Below, piece by piece: positions 19,589-30,945 of a stretch of DNA of 62,745 nt (its first letter is position 1; every line of letters begins with the position of its first letter). The position numbers and the translations under genes are program-made. The notes beneath the pieces were generated by a model. The model had not been told where the DNA came from. It saw nothing but the letters and a program-made list of their open reading frames with translations, and did no database searches. The stretch comes from a virus (lineage: Duplodnaviria > Caudoviricetes), in IMG/VR virus record IMGVR_UViG_3300030090_000213, positions 1 through 62,745 of that record. One strand, 5' to 3'.

Positions 19589-22500
19589 ATGGCTGAATAC
19601 GATATTGGCAAAGGGAAAAAAATAAAAATTCCAGATAATTTAGACCCAGAAACAAGATTACAATTAGCTGAAGTTGTTAAAGATAAATATGGCATTGATA
19701 TAAATCAAACATCAGCACTAGGACAAGTAGGCGAGTTTATAAAAGCAATACCAAGAGGTGCTGCTGGATTAGCTTTAGATGTGCCTACAGGTATTGTTGG
19801 TTTATTTGATATTGGCAACGACAGTAACTTATATAAAGGTCTTGAAGGATTACAAGATAGATTAAGAGAAGATTCTGCATTAGCAGCAGACCCACGATAT
19901 GCTGATAAGTATTCTACAAAACTAGGAGAAGGTATAGGTTCATTCGGACCATTCTTAGGTGCAGGTATGGTAGGTAGAGCACTAGCTAAAGCACCAGGAG
20001 CAGCTAAGGGCATACTATCACCAACATTTACAGCACCAACAGCTTTAGCAATACCAACAGGTATAGCAGCACAAGGCGATAGACTACAGATGGCTAGAGA
20101 AATGGGCGAAGATGTAAGTGGTTTAACTGAAACTACTGCTGAATTATTTGGTGGTCTTATAGGTATAACTGAAGTATTACCTGTTGCTAGTATTTTAGGT
20201 AAAGTATCTAGTAAAACAGATTTAAACATAAAAGAAAGATTAGTATCTGCATTACAATCAGGTGCATTTGAAGGTGGACAAGAGGTAGCTGCAAGTATAT
20301 TGCAAGATTTAACAGCTAAAGGTCTTTATAGTGAGGACTTACCTATAGCAGATAGTATGTTTGAAGAGTTTACTATTGGCGGTATTATTGGTGGTGCTGC
20401 TGATTTAGTTGTTACTAGCATGGCAGGTAAAAGTTCTGCTAGAAGAAAACAACTAGAAGAAGATAATTTAAGAGCTGATGAAAATAAAGCTCAGTTAATA
20501 AATGCAAAAAAAGCTGACCTTGCAATGGAACAAGGCACTCTTGAAGAAATACAAGATATACCACCTACTATAGTTCCACAACTTATAGCACCTGAAGAAC
20601 TTGGAGTAGAGCCTTCAGTAGAAGTAATAATGACTCCACAAGAACAATTTGCTGTTGTTGATATTACTAATCCTGAAGCTCCTGCACAAGTTGATATAAA
20701 AGATACAGAAATAGAAGCTATAAAAGTAAGAGATAAGATAACAAAAGACTTTAATAATAAAAAATTAAAATCAAAACTAGATAACGATACATATAACTTA
20801 GGACTAATTAATAGTTCTACTGCTTACGAAATAGGGCAAAGTTTAGAAGATAGTAGAGCTAGTGATGTAACTATTCAACAATTAATAAATAGTGTGCCTA
20901 AAGATTCTAAACAAGAGGTAATTCTTAGAGGTTTAGTAAATAGTTTTGTTGCACAAAATCCAGGCAAAACTTCTCGTAGCTATCCTAGATTATCTATGAC
21001 AAAAGCTAAAGAATTACTAACGCCTAAACAGTTTAATGAATTTGCATCTGCATATGCACAAGGAGTATTTAAAGCTTCTGAAAAAAATGGTGAGCCTTCT
21101 ATTGTTGCAGATAAAGATAAACCAAATACATCAGCTAAATATATAAAAGAAATAGCTGAATCTAAAAATATAGATTTAGATTTTCAATCACCTGCTGTTC
21201 AATATGCAGCAGAAAAATACACAGGTACGCCTGAGTTTAAAAAAATGAAAAAAGGTCAAAAAGAATTATTTTTGGCTAAACTTCATTCACTTCCTAAGTT
21301 CAATTCAAGAACAACTTTCCCAGACTTTAGACCAAGAGATTATTCTGCACAAGATATGGCAGATTTTGTTGCTGAAATGAAAAGCAATAATATGACTTTT
21401 AATAAAGCATCCTTAAAACAAATGGATAGGAATGAACAATTCCTTGATGATTTAATTTATAGCAATAGAGCAGAAAAAATAGAAGGCACTAATAACTATA
21501 AGATAAGAGATAACTTTGAGTTTGATATAGCTAGAAGAGCAGAAGGTTTTAATGAAACACCAGAAGAGTTTGGTGCAAGACTTACTGCAGAAGGTAAGTT
21601 GCCTCCAGAAACTATTGCAGAATTAGTACAACAAGAAACAACAAAACAAGAAAGATTATTACCACCTGCAGAAGTAATACCTAAAACTATTAATTATGCT
21701 GAGACTTTAGAGCAAGGCAAAACTAATAAGTTTGCACAAGAAATAAGAAAAACAATGGATGCTAGAGGTCTTAAAGAGACTGGTATTGTTATAAGTGATG
21801 ACATAATCTCTACTAGCACATTAAGACAAATAGAAGGTGAAATAAAGTACGACCCTAGTCAAGTTAGAGCAACAGAAACACAAGGAGCTGTAGAAGGAGA
21901 ATATGATAGAAATACAGATACTATTTTCTTATCTCTTAATGCAGTAAATCCTGATGGTAGTGCTACTGATGTAGAGATACAAGAAAGACTTAACAAAGTA
22001 TTAGACCATGAGATGATTCATGCTCTTCGTGCAAAAGATTTAATTACTAAAGCAGAATATAGTTATTTAACTAAAATGGTTAAGCAAACTAAATTTCCTA
22101 AACAAAATCAAACTTTTTATCAAGAAGCTATTAATAGAACTAAGCGTGAGTTTGAAAATAGAAATTTAACAGATGCGTTTAAAGAAGAATATATTGTAGA
22201 AGAAGCTATAGCAGAACTATTTAGACAAAAAGATTTACTGGTTAATACTCCTCCTAAAGTAGAAGGTATCTACAATAAGATTATTGAGTTCTTTAAATCT
22301 ATGGGTCAAGCTATGCGTAGCTCAGGATATAAGAGTGCTACAGAAATATTTAATGATATTGAATCAGGCAGGATTGGCAGAAGAGAAAGAGGTGTAGTAA
22401 GAACTACTAGGATTGGAGATAAGGGATTACAATCATTTAACTTTGCTACAGACTTTTCACAATTAGATGAATCTGCGGTTAGACCAACAATAATTCCTGG

Positions 22501-25500
22501 TGATGAAATAAAACAAACTCTAAAGCCTACAGGTATTAGACCTTTAACTATACCAAAGCCTAAACCAACACCTCCTACGCCTCCAGCAGGTCCTACAACT
22601 CCTCCTGCAACACCTTCTACAACACCTACAACTATTTATAATACTAAAAAATTAACAGATAAAGAGTATATAGCTGAAAGGTCAAAAATTCTTAAAGGAT
22701 TGCAAGATGCAAAAGTATTAGATAAAGATATATTTGATAAAGATGGTAATGTAACTAAAACTATTAAAGGTAATAATGATTCTATAAAAATGATGAAATG
22801 GTTAATTGATAATTCACCAAGTCAAGATTACAAAATTATTGCACAAAAAGTTCATAAATCTTTATTAGCATTAAAAAAACAAGGTAGAACATTTCCTCTT
22901 AAATTAGAAGTAGGTGAAAAACAACCTGATATGCGAGGTACAGGACAAGCTGCTATACAGCCAAGTGATATGAATCCAATGGAACCATATAATTATAAAA
23001 CATTCACTATGCTTGTTAATGATGGTAGCTTAAAAAGAATAAATGCATTTGCTAATACTTCTGAATGGAGAAGAGGCAATGGAGTTCATTTTGAAGCTTT
23101 ATTACATGAAGGAATACATCAAGCTACATTAGCTCAAATATATGCTGCTCAACATAATTTAATTACTAGAAAAGGAACTAAAACATTTCAAGAAAGTGCA
23201 TCAGGTAAAAAAGTTAAAGCTGCACATAAAGAACTTGCTATACAAGCAAATAGAGTAAAAGGTTATTATCAAGAAAGAATGAGATTTTATAAAAATCTTG
23301 CTGCAAAAATAACAAAAAGAGAGACAGCCGAAATACAAAAAAAAGCAATAGAAGAGTACAAATCTATTTATAATAATGCACCTACTATAGAAAAAGATTT
23401 AGCAGATATTTATATTATTAAAGATTCAACAGGTTTTATATATGCTAGAGATGACAACTCTTTTAATGGCGTATCTGTTCAAAAGAGAATGTTTAATGAT
23501 TATAGAATTAAATATCAATTATTTTCTAATGAAGCTCAATATAATGAAGATGTATCAGAGTTATTAACTTTTGGATTAACAAATAGAGACTTCCAAGAAA
23601 TGCTTGAATATATACCTTTAGGCAAAGATGCTACTAATAGTGTATGGAATAAATTTGTAGAAACAATTAGAAAATTATTAGAGATACCTGCAAAATTAAA
23701 TACAGAATTATCTGCATTTCTTAAAAATGCTTCTACTTTATTAGACCTTAAAACAGAAGGTTTAATAGCACCAACTCCTGTAGGAGAAACTGCTGCTCCT
23801 ATAGATAAAGAAATACCTACATTTAGTAGAGCAGCAGACCAAGCTTATTTTAATAGAGAAAGAAGAAATCAAATAATATCTAATTTAGAAGCAGGTATAA
23901 AAAATAAACAAGCACAGTTAAATCAAGAAAGAGGACTTATGACTGATGCTACTGCTAAAAGATTAGAAAGAGAAATAATAAATCAAAGAAATGAAATAGC
24001 TGAGTTAAAAGCTGGAGATTTACCTTTTTTTAGTAGAGCAGCTACAGAAACACAACCTCCATACATGGACTTTAATCGTCAACAAATTAGAGACTTTAGT
24101 AGTAATAAAGTTGGTTTTTATAATGGAGTAGAAATACCTTTAACTCATGTTACAAGAATGAATGTTGATGATTTTTTAAAACTTAGCACAATTAGTCAAA
24201 ATCAAATTGATGAAATAATAGAAGAAGGTCCATCAGTTTTTGGTTTTTCTCAACAAGATGAACCTGGCTCATTTAAACCTATAAATAATAGAAGAATGGC
24301 TGATGCTGTATTTGACCCAGAAATTGCAGATACTGCATTAACTGCTTCATTGCCAAGTTTACAAATTAAAAATGATGGTCAAGTAATTAGCCATGAAGGC
24401 AGACATAGAGTTGCATTAATAAAACAAGGTGGTGGTAGAACTGTTCCTGTATTTATACATTTTCCTGAAGGTAATGTAGAACAAAATATACCTAATCCTA
24501 GTGGTCAAACTTTGCAAGAACAGGGTGTTACTTTTTTAAAAAATCAATATCCTGGAATATTTAAAGATGAATATGGTGATTTTCAAACAAATGAATTTAG
24601 TAGATTTGCTGTTCCTATAAATAAACTAAGAGAAATTGCACCTTTACATAGAGATAGTGCCCAAACTAAAGATAAATTAGATTATGCAGTACAAGTTGCT
24701 ACTGCTCCTGATATTTTAGAAAGCACAAAAGATACAGTTGCAAGTGCATCTGAATATGATATTAGGATGGCAAGATTTTTAGCATCACAAGATATACCTA
24801 CATTTAGTAGAACTAATTTAATACCTAAAGATACTGAAGTTCCTTTTGATTGGGCAAGTAATAATCGTTTTGAAACTGGTGCAATAATAGACCAATTAAA
24901 AATGAGTAGAGAAGAAGGTGGTAATAGAGATAATCCTGCACCACTTAAAATGGCTATAGTTGAAGCATTTAAAGGTAGGAAAAACAGACCTTTACTAAGA
25001 GCTAGTAAAAAATTCTTAGAAAAGTTTACAAACAAAAAAGGTAATTTAGTTTTATTTAGAGCTTTAAATATTCCTGAAGGTGAAAAGATTAAAAACTATG
25101 GACAGCTTCCACAAGATTTATTTGCAAGTACAACATTAGATAGTAGAAAAGCATTAGAAATAGGTCGTATGTTATTTAATAGAGCAAAAGAAGAAAGAAG
25201 TGAAACATGGAATATTGAAATACTTAGATATGAAGTTCCTATGAGTAAGGTAAAAGGTTATGTGCCTATGTTACTTAAAGCTATGGAATCAGATTATATT
25301 ACAGACTTTAGAAGTGATATGGCTGGTTCAGGAATTATGTACCAAGAAGAATTAGATGCAGCAATAGAAGAAGCAGATGCAAAAGGAGATTTCTATAAAT
25401 ATCAAGGAGAACAAACAATAGAAGAATTATTTGCCGATGCTATGTATAAATATGAAGAATATATAGCAGAAGCAGAAGTTGTTGCTGACCTTCGTGGCAT

Positions 25501-28500
25501 CAAACCAACATATCAATATTCTCCAGAAATAAAAGATAGACAAGCTAGTTTAATTAATGATGTGCCATTATTTAGTAGAGGTAGAAGAGATAGTAAAAGA
25601 AAGTGGGATGAACAATATTATTATGTTGCTAAAAAAGAAGATGCTAATAGAATTTTAAAAGAAGGTTTTGCTGTTGATGATTCACAATTTTTTTATAATC
25701 CAGATACAGAAATAGAAACTCCAGGATTAGTAGTATTTACTAATCCAGTAGATGCTATTGCTTATCATAGAAGCGTAGATTGGAGAGAAGAACTATCTGA
25801 TTTAGTTTTAATAGCTGTTAAAAAAGGTACTGACAGAGATATTGGTGCTTTAAATTGGCAACCTAATCCAAATTCTCTTGGATTACAAGGTCAACTACGA
25901 GGTCTTAGTGGAGAAAAAACTAAAGGATTACTTAAAGATGAAACAAATACATCTTTATATTTAGATGCAGATAATAATTTAGATTATTTTAAAAATGTTA
26001 ATAACATATTAGGTAGTGCTACATTAGAAGAACTTACTCAAACAAAAATTAATCCATACTTTGGTAGAGCAATAGATAGAACTGGTGAAGTTCCGCAAAG
26101 ATTTTATAGTCCTGAAATGACTGATATGGGAGACCCATTACCTTCAGAACAAGTTAAATCTGTTATGGAAGGTAAAGGATTACCTATGAAACCAATAGGT
26201 AATGAAACAAGAGGTTTAGCTTCATCAAAAGAAGAACTTGCAAATATTGTTACTAAATATATGAATGATATTGCTAATATATTAAATCCACCACCAAATA
26301 CACAAAAAAATATACAATTAAAACAAGCAATAGAAGAAGCCGAAGAAACAGTTAAACAAACACCTAGGGGTTCAATACCTTATTATAATTTAAATGCCTC
26401 AGACACAGCTTTAAAGATTGCTATAGACTTTAATAAAGACTTATCTGCTAAGGCACCTGATGATATACCTAATTTTTCAAGACCTACTCTTGATGGATTG
26501 CAAGATAATCTACAAGAGTTTATTAAAAGAACAGGTGGAGAAATATTACCTGACCAATCTTGGGGTGCAAGAGTAATAGAAATTGTCAAAGACCCTATTA
26601 CATCTATTAAAAATTTCTTTAAAGAGTTTAGACAAAGATATATTGACCAATACGATACTGCTACCAAAGTACTATTAGCTGGTAAAAATAAAGAATGGTA
26701 TTTAAAAATAGATGAAAGAACAGGTAAATTAAGAATAAATCCTAAAACTGGAAAACCTTGGACAGAAGAAGAAGCAATAGCAGCAGCAGAACAAGTAACT
26801 CTTGCTAATATGTTTGCAAATGCAGGTGCAGAACAATCAGTAAGAATGTCTGATAAATCAAGAGGTGTATTTCAAGGTATGCTTACAAGAGGAATACCAA
26901 CTGATTTAATAGATGGAGTTGAATCTTTAGTAAAAACAATACCTTTACCTCTTGTTGATGCTAATGGTAATAAAACTGGTAAAACAGGTGGTCTTATACA
27001 AATACTTGCACCATTATTTTCTAATCTTAAATTAAATTTAGAAGCTGTTTTTAAAAGTTATGCTATGTTAAAAAGAGCAAAAAGTCTTGATGAAAGTGGT
27101 AGAGAAATAGATACACCAGTTAAACCTAAAGACTATGTTCTTATACAGCAAATAGAACAACAACATCCTGAAGTGGTAGAAGTTTATAATAATTATCAAA
27201 ATTGGAATAATGCTTTAATTAAACTTGCAGAAAGAAAAGGTATTTTAAGTGCAGAACAATCTGCATTATGGAGAGAACATTCTTCTTATTATCCTTTCTA
27301 TAGGCAAATGGTTGATGATAGTGGCATTAAAGGACCTAAAATTGCAGGTGGTTCACTACCAGGAAATCCATTAGATATACAAATAAAAGGTTCAGAAGAA
27401 ATTATTGACGCAGACCCAATAGAAGCTATATCAAGAAACTCATTATCTATTCTTACAGCAGCATTAAAAAATGATGCAATGAATAAAATAGTTACAAACT
27501 TAGAAACAATGGGATTAGCTCAAAAAATATCTGCAAAAAACGCAGGTACAACTGATAGCTTATTCTTCTTTGAAAATGGTAACAAGCAACACTATCAGGT
27601 AGATGACCCTAGACTGGTCTATAGTTTACAAAATGTTGGAGGAGTAGCTCCAGGTGCTATAGGAAAATTTTTAGCAGTACCAGCAGGGCTACTTAGAGAT
27701 ACAGTTACAAGAGACCCAGGCTTTGTTGTTATAAATATTTTAAGAGATACCTTATCTTCTGCTGTAACAAGTGGTGCACCATATACGCCTATCATTGATT
27801 CAGTTAAAAATATGTTTGGTAGCATGGAAGAATTAGAACAGTTTGGTGTTCTTGGTGGCTATGACTATTCTGTTGATGAGGGTAGTGTAAAGCAATTTAT
27901 TACTAGAACTATGCGACAACAGGGACTTACACCAAATAATGGTATGTCTCCTACAAGTGCTTTCTTTAAGCTATGGGATGGTCTTGGAGCACTTACTACT
28001 AAATCAGATGGTGCAACTCGTAAAGCAGTCTATGATGGTGTTTATAAACAGTTAAAAGAGCAAGTTTATAGAAATCCTAAAACTGGTAAATACGAAAATA
28101 TGCCTGAAGCAGTTGCACAATCAGAAGCGGCTTATCAAGCACAAGAAATAATTAACTTTGGAAGGCGTGGTTCTGATTCATTATTTAGAATTATTACTGC
28201 TGCAATACCATTCTTAAATGCAAGAATACAAGGTCTTGATGTATTACATAGAGGATTAACTGGACAATATTCTGCTGTAGAAAAACAACAAGTTGGAGAA
28301 TCACTAAAAGATGTGCAATCAAGAATATTTAGAAGAACATTCTTTAATGCAGGATTACTTGTAAGTCTAACAGCACTTTACTACATGATGGTAAGTGATA
28401 CAGATGAATACAAAAATCTTAAACGAGAAGTAAGAGATGATAACTGGGTCATGCCTATAGGCAATGGTAATGCAGTTAAGATACCTATTCCATTTGAAGT

Positions 28501-29329
28501 AGGTATGTTATTTAAAGCTATACCAGAAAGAGTATTTGATATGACTATGGGCGATGATGCTTTTACAAGAAAGTCTGTTGATGAAGCTATGACATCTATT
28601 GGCAGACAGGCTCAAACTTCTTTCAACATACCATTCTTTCAACCTGGTGGTGGAATACAATTATTAAAACCAATATCAGAAGTAATAAATAACAGAAATA
28701 CTTTTACTAATACAGAGATTGTTCCCTACTATCAACAAAAGAAAGAACCTGGACTACAATCAAGACCAACTACCAATGAGTTTGCAAGAGTATTAGGTGA
28801 AGCTCTTAATTTATCTCCTGCAAAGATAGAGCATGTTATGAGAGGTTATACAGGAACACTTGGTGGATATGTATTAAGTGTTATAGATACTATCACTAGA
28901 GGAGCTACAGGAAGTCCTCTAATACCTTCCAACTATCAACTAAGTAAAATGCCAGTCTTTAATAGACTATTACTTGATTTAGATAAGTCGGGTGGTTATC
29001 AGCAACAGTTTTATGAGTTAAGAAATGAGGTTGACAGGGCAGTAGCAACTATCAACTCTCTACAAAAACAAAGAAGATTTGATGAACTATCAGCTTACAG
29101 AAGCAATATGCAAGGTGTGTTGAATGTCAAAGGTCAAGTGAGAGCGATAGAAAGATACTTAGATAACTGGAGAAAGCGTAGAGATAGAATCTATCAAGAT
29201 GAAAACCTATCTATAACAGTCAAGTCAGATATGATAAGAGATTTAGAACTAGAAAGAGATATGCGACTAGCTATGGTTCCTGAATTGAGGAAGAAAGCTA
29301 ACATTCCTATTTTCAGTCTTAACCTCTAA
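19589..29329 (+). CDS. Giant polyvalent internal virion protein (3246 aa): two zincin-like HExxH motifs, ParB-like motif, ADP-ribosyltransferase-like segments, C-terminal LPD38-like domain
   Basis: HEMIH and HEGIH; SHEGRHRV; LFRAL...FASTT...EAEV; C-terminal IPFLNARIQG, KIPIPFEVG, SPAKIEH...GYTG motifs. Confidence 0.75.
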   Translation: MAEYDIGKGKKIKIPDNLDPETRLQLAEVVKDKYGIDINQTSALGQVGEFIKAIPRGAAGLALDVPTGIVGLFDIGNDSNLYKGLEGLQDRLREDSALAADPRYADKYSTKLGEGIGSFGPFLGAGMVGRALAKAPGAAKGILSPTFTAPTALAIPTGIAAQGDRLQMAREMGEDVSGLTETTAELFGGLIGITEVLPVASILGKVSSKTDLNIKERLVSALQSGAFEGGQEVAASILQDLTAKGLYSEDLPIADSMFEEFTIGGIIGGAADLVVTSMAGKSSARRKQLEEDNLRADENKAQLINAKKADLAMEQGTLEEIQDIPPTIVPQLIAPEELGVEPSVEVIMTPQEQFAVVDITNPEAPAQVDIKDTEIEAIKVRDKITKDFNNKKLKSKLDNDTYNLGLINSSTAYEIGQSLEDSRASDVTIQQLINSVPKDSKQEVILRGLVNSFVAQNPGKTSRSYPRLSMTKAKELLTPKQFNEFASAYAQGVFKASEKNGEPSIVADKDKPNTSAKYIKEIAESKNIDLDFQSPAVQYAAEKYTGTPEFKKMKKGQKELFLAKLHSLPKFNSRTTFPDFRPRDYSAQDMADFVAEMKSNNMTFNKASLKQMDRNEQFLDDLIYSNRAEKIEGTNNYKIRDNFEFDIARRAEGFNETPEEFGARLTAEGKLPPETIAELVQQETTKQERLLPPAEVIPKTINYAETLEQGKTNKFAQEIRKTMDARGLKETGIVISDDIISTSTLRQIEGEIKYDPSQVRATETQGAVEGEYDRNTDTIFLSLNAVNPDGSATDVEIQERLNKVLDHEMIHALRAKDLITKAEYSYLTKMVKQTKFPKQNQTFYQEAINRTKREFENRNLTDAFKEEYIVEEAIAELFRQKDLLVNTPPKVEGIYNKIIEFFKSMGQAMRSSGYKSATEIFNDIESGRIGRRERGVVRTTRIGDKGLQSFNFATDFSQLDESAVRPTIIPGDEIKQTLKPTGIRPLTIPKPKPTPPTPPAGPTTPPATPSTTPTTIYNTKKLTDKEYIAERSKILKGLQDAKVLDKDIFDKDGNVTKTIKGNNDSIKMMKWLIDNSPSQDYKIIAQKVHKSLLALKKQGRTFPLKLEVGEKQPDMRGTGQAAIQPSDMNPMEPYNYKTFTMLVNDGSLKRINAFANTSEWRRGNGVHFEALLHEGIHQATLAQIYAAQHNLITRKGTKTFQESASGKKVKAAHKELAIQANRVKGYYQERMRFYKNLAAKITKRETAEIQKKAIEEYKSIYNNAPTIEKDLADIYIIKDSTGFIYARDDNSFNGVSVQKRMFNDYRIKYQLFSNEAQYNEDVSELLTFGLTNRDFQEMLEYIPLGKDATNSVWNKFVETIRKLLEIPAKLNTELSAFLKNASTLLDLKTEGLIAPTPVGETAAPIDKEIPTFSRAADQAYFNRERRNQIISNLEAGIKNKQAQLNQERGLMTDATAKRLEREIINQRNEIAELKAGDLPFFSRAATETQPPYMDFNRQQIRDFSSNKVGFYNGVEIPLTHVTRMNVDDFLKLSTISQNQIDEIIEEGPSVFGFSQQDEPGSFKPINNRRMADAVFDPEIADTALTASLPSLQIKNDGQVISHEGRHRVALIKQGGGRTVPVFIHFPEGNVEQNIPNPSGQTLQEQGVTFLKNQYPGIFKDEYGDFQTNEFSRFAVPINKLREIAPLHRDSAQTKDKLDYAVQVATAPDILESTKDTVASASEYDIRMARFLASQDIPTFSRTNLIPKDTEVPFDWASNNRFETGAIIDQLKMSREEGGNRDNPAPLKMAIVEAFKGRKNRPLLRASKKFLEKFTNKKGNLVLFRALNIPEGEKIKNYGQLPQDLFASTTLDSRKALEIGRMLFNRAKEERSETWNIEILRYEVPMSKVKGYVPMLLKAMESDYITDFRSDMAGSGIMYQEELDAAIEEADAKGDFYKYQGEQTIEELFADAMYKYEEYIAEAEVVADLRGIKPTYQYSPEIKDRQASLINDVPLFSRGRRDSKRKWDEQYYYVAKKEDANRILKEGFAVDDSQFFYNPDTEIETPGLVVFTNPVDAIAYHRSVDWREELSDLVLIAVKKGTDRDIGALNWQPNPNSLGLQGQLRGLSGEKTKGLLKDETNTSLYLDADNNLDYFKNVNNILGSATLEELTQTKINPYFGRAIDRTGEVPQRFYSPEMTDMGDPLPSEQVKSVMEGKGLPMKPIGNETRGLASSKEELANIVTKYMNDIANILNPPPNTQKNIQLKQAIEEAEETVKQTPRGSIPYYNLNASDTALKIAIDFNKDLSAKAPDDIPNFSRPTLDGLQDNLQEFIKRTGGEILPDQSWGARVIEIVKDPITSIKNFFKEFRQRYIDQYDTATKVLLAGKNKEWYLKIDERTGKLRINPKTGKPWTEEEAIAAAEQVTLANMFANAGAEQSVRMSDKSRGVFQGMLTRGIPTDLIDGVESLVKTIPLPLVDANGNKTGKTGGLIQILAPLFSNLKLNLEAVFKSYAMLKRAKSLDESGREIDTPVKPKDYVLIQQIEQQHPEVVEVYNNYQNWNNALIKLAERKGILSAEQSALWREHSSYYPFYRQMVDDSGIKGPKIAGGSLPGNPLDIQIKGSEEIIDADPIEAISRNSLSILTAALKNDAMNKIVTNLETMGLAQKISAKNAGTTDSLFFFENGNKQHYQVDDPRLVYSLQNVGGVAPGAIGKFLAVPAGLLRDTVTRDPGFVVINILRDTLSSAVTSGAPYTPIIDSVKNMFGSMEELEQFGVLGGYDYSVDEGSVKQFITRTMRQQGLTPNNGMSPTSAFFKLWDGLGALTTKSDGATRKAVYDGVYKQLKEQVYRNPKTGKYENMPEAVAQSEAAYQAQEIINFGRRGSDSLFRIITAAIPFLNARIQGLDVLHRGLTGQYSAVEKQQVGESLKDVQSRIFRRTFFNAGLLVSLTALYYMMVSDTDEYKNLKREVRDDNWVMPIGNGNAVKIPIPFEVGMLFKAIPERVFDMTMGDDAFTRKSVDEAMTSIGRQAQTSFNIPFFQPGGGIQLLKPISEVINNRNTFTNTEIVPYYQQKKEPGLQSRPTTNEFARVLGEALNLSPAKIEHVMRGYTGTLGGYVLSVIDTITRGATGSPLIPSNYQLSKMPVFNRLLLDLDKSGGYQQQFYELRNEVDRAVATINSLQKQRRFDELSAYRSNMQGVLNVKGQVRAIERYLDNWRKRRDRIYQDENLSITVKSDMIRDLELERDMRLAMVPELRKKANIPIFSLNL

Positions 29330-29647
29330 CATAGCCATATCCTTTTCTTCTTTCAATGGTTTCAAGGTAAAGAAGTCTTTATGTTGTGGATGTCTAGCAT
29401 GGAATAAACGGGCATAGAAACAGATGTAATCATTACTTATCTTGAAGTCCCCACCTTTAGTTTCTATCTCATTGTGCCAACGAATACGATTGATTATCGC
29501 CCAATGCGAATACTTTTTCCTACCACTATTGATAGCCTCCAATGTGTATTTCTCAAACTTATCCCAAACTTGTGGATTTTTCTTATGCCACTCCCACCAT
29601 TTCTTTTTTCGTTTATCTAACTTTTCTTGTAGTATATCTTTTAGCAT
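29267..29647 (-). CDS. Hypothetical protein
   Basis: GGGAGG RBS before ATG at 29647; WHKKNP...RIRW...FKISNDY..FYARLF; 3' end overlaps the giant gene convergently by 63 nt. Confidence 0.65.
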   Translation of the reverse strand: MLKDILQEKLDKRKKKWWEWHKKNPQVWDKFEKYTLEAINSGRKKYSHWAIINRIRWHNEIETKGGDFKISNDYICFYARLFHARHPQHKDFFTLKPLKEEKDMAMLEVKTENRNVSFLPQFRNHS

Positions 29648-29722
29648 TTGCTTTCCTCCCAGAAAACAATTGACTGGTAAATATTTTTTGGAGCTGCAAC
29701 CCAGCAGCGTCAAAAATATTAT

Positions 29723-30106
29723 TTACTGGTCTATTTTTTTTATCACCAATTCACATCTAGGATTTTCTTTATCAATCCCACCATATTTATAAATAACTTT
29801 TTTAATTTGTTTACTACTATCATCCTCTAACACACCTGCTTTAACTAAAGCATCGCAAGTAAACTTGTCAATAATAGAACAAGGATTACTTACATCTAGT
29901 CTTCTTTTACTTTTTGCATAATAGGTATAAATCAATACAACAGGTTCTTCGTATTTAGGATGACTAATCCTATCAACTAAATTGTCTGCATAAATCTTCT
30001 TGGCATTTGATAGTGTTCTGTAATGAGCATTACGATAGTTGTTTAAGTTAAGGATAAACTTCTTATTCTTTGTGTAGTAAACCTCTAGGGGTAAATCAAT
30101 CTTCAT
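29723..30106 (-). CDS. RusA-like Holliday junction resolvase
   Basis: RRLDVSN...KFTCDALVKAGVLEDD catalytic aspartate pattern. Confidence 0.8.
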   Translation of the reverse strand: MKIDLPLEVYYTKNKKFILNLNNYRNAHYRTLSNAKKIYADNLVDRISHPKYEEPVVLIYTYYAKSKRRLDVSNPCSIIDKFTCDALVKAGVLEDDSSKQIKKVIYKYGGIDKENPRCELVIKKIDQ

Positions 30107-30398
30107 CTAACAACTTATTAACTTGCTCTAATAACTCTTCTTCTGTGCCGTAAGCTTCCTCAAATCTTTTCTTATATGGATGTCTGCTTATAGGTCTAAA
30201 TCTATTGCCTTTACGATGATGGTCAAAGCAAAGAGGTAATACAGAAAAATGTGCATTTGGTTTTGTTTTGCCAATAACATGATGAATTTCAGCAGGAGTT
30301 ATACATCCATTAGTATTTCTACAAACAATGCAACCTAGCTGACTTACCTTGTCCATGTGTTCAGCTTCTTTCTTTGTTGGTTTTCTACCTTTAATCAA
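30096..30398 (-). CDS. Ref-like / DUF968-type HNH nuclease
   Basis: GCIVC...AEIHH...LPLCFDHHR motif. Confidence 0.7.
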   Translation of the reverse strand: MIKGRKPTKKEAEHMDKVSQLGCIVCRNTNGCITPAEIHHVIGKTKPNAHFSVLPLCFDHHRKGNRFRPISRHPYKKRFEEAYGTEEELLEQVNKLLDED

Positions 30399-30849
30399 AA
30401 CGAATACCTGTATTTATGTTTACTACTCTTCTTATGGGTCTTATCTTATGAGTTTTATTATATTTTGGTATATAACTCTCTATTAGTTTTTTTTCCCAAT
30501 GTCTTTTTCTACTTTCTTTACAATATAAAATCCTAAACGAATCAAATTTTTTTTCAGATTTAATGTGAGTACATACCCTAGCATAAGGATTTATACTTTC
30601 TCCTACATAAACAACAACATTCTTCATAAATAAAATATATACTCCATGTTTAAATATTTCGTTGACTTTAAACTTTCTTCTATGTGATGCTGTCGTAGAG
30701 TATTGAGTTTTTATTTCCTTTTCTGAAAGATAATGATGTGTCAACATTCCTGTTGAACCTACTGTATCTACTGAAATAGTATTACCACAAGATGTTGTTC
30801 CTAATTCTAATTTTCCTGTTGAACTTATATGATTAACATTTATGCCCAT
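30391..30849 (-). CDS. GIY-YIG-like nuclease
   Basis: GVYIL...VVYVGES...R...H...E..LI....PKYN. Confidence 0.7.
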   Translation of the reverse strand: MGINVNHISSTGKLELGTTSCGNTISVDTVGSTGMLTHHYLSEKEIKTQYSTTASHRRKFKVNEIFKHGVYILFMKNVVVYVGESINPYARVCTHIKSEKKFDSFRILYCKESRKRHWEKKLIESYIPKYNKTHKIRPIRRVVNINTGIRFD

Positions 30850-30945
30850 TTTTTATTTTCTTTTTCTTTCTCTTGTTCCCAAATATCTTCTCAAAGTTCT
30901 CGTTATACTTATCTTTGTCGTAGGGTCTTTGTCTGCTACCCTTTG

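Noticed and set aside
1970-27825. Minus-strand ORFs in the late region (e.g. 6432-6740, 9862-10245, 19705-20229)
   Set aside because: Antisense shadows of well-supported plus-strand genes, without RBS or motifs
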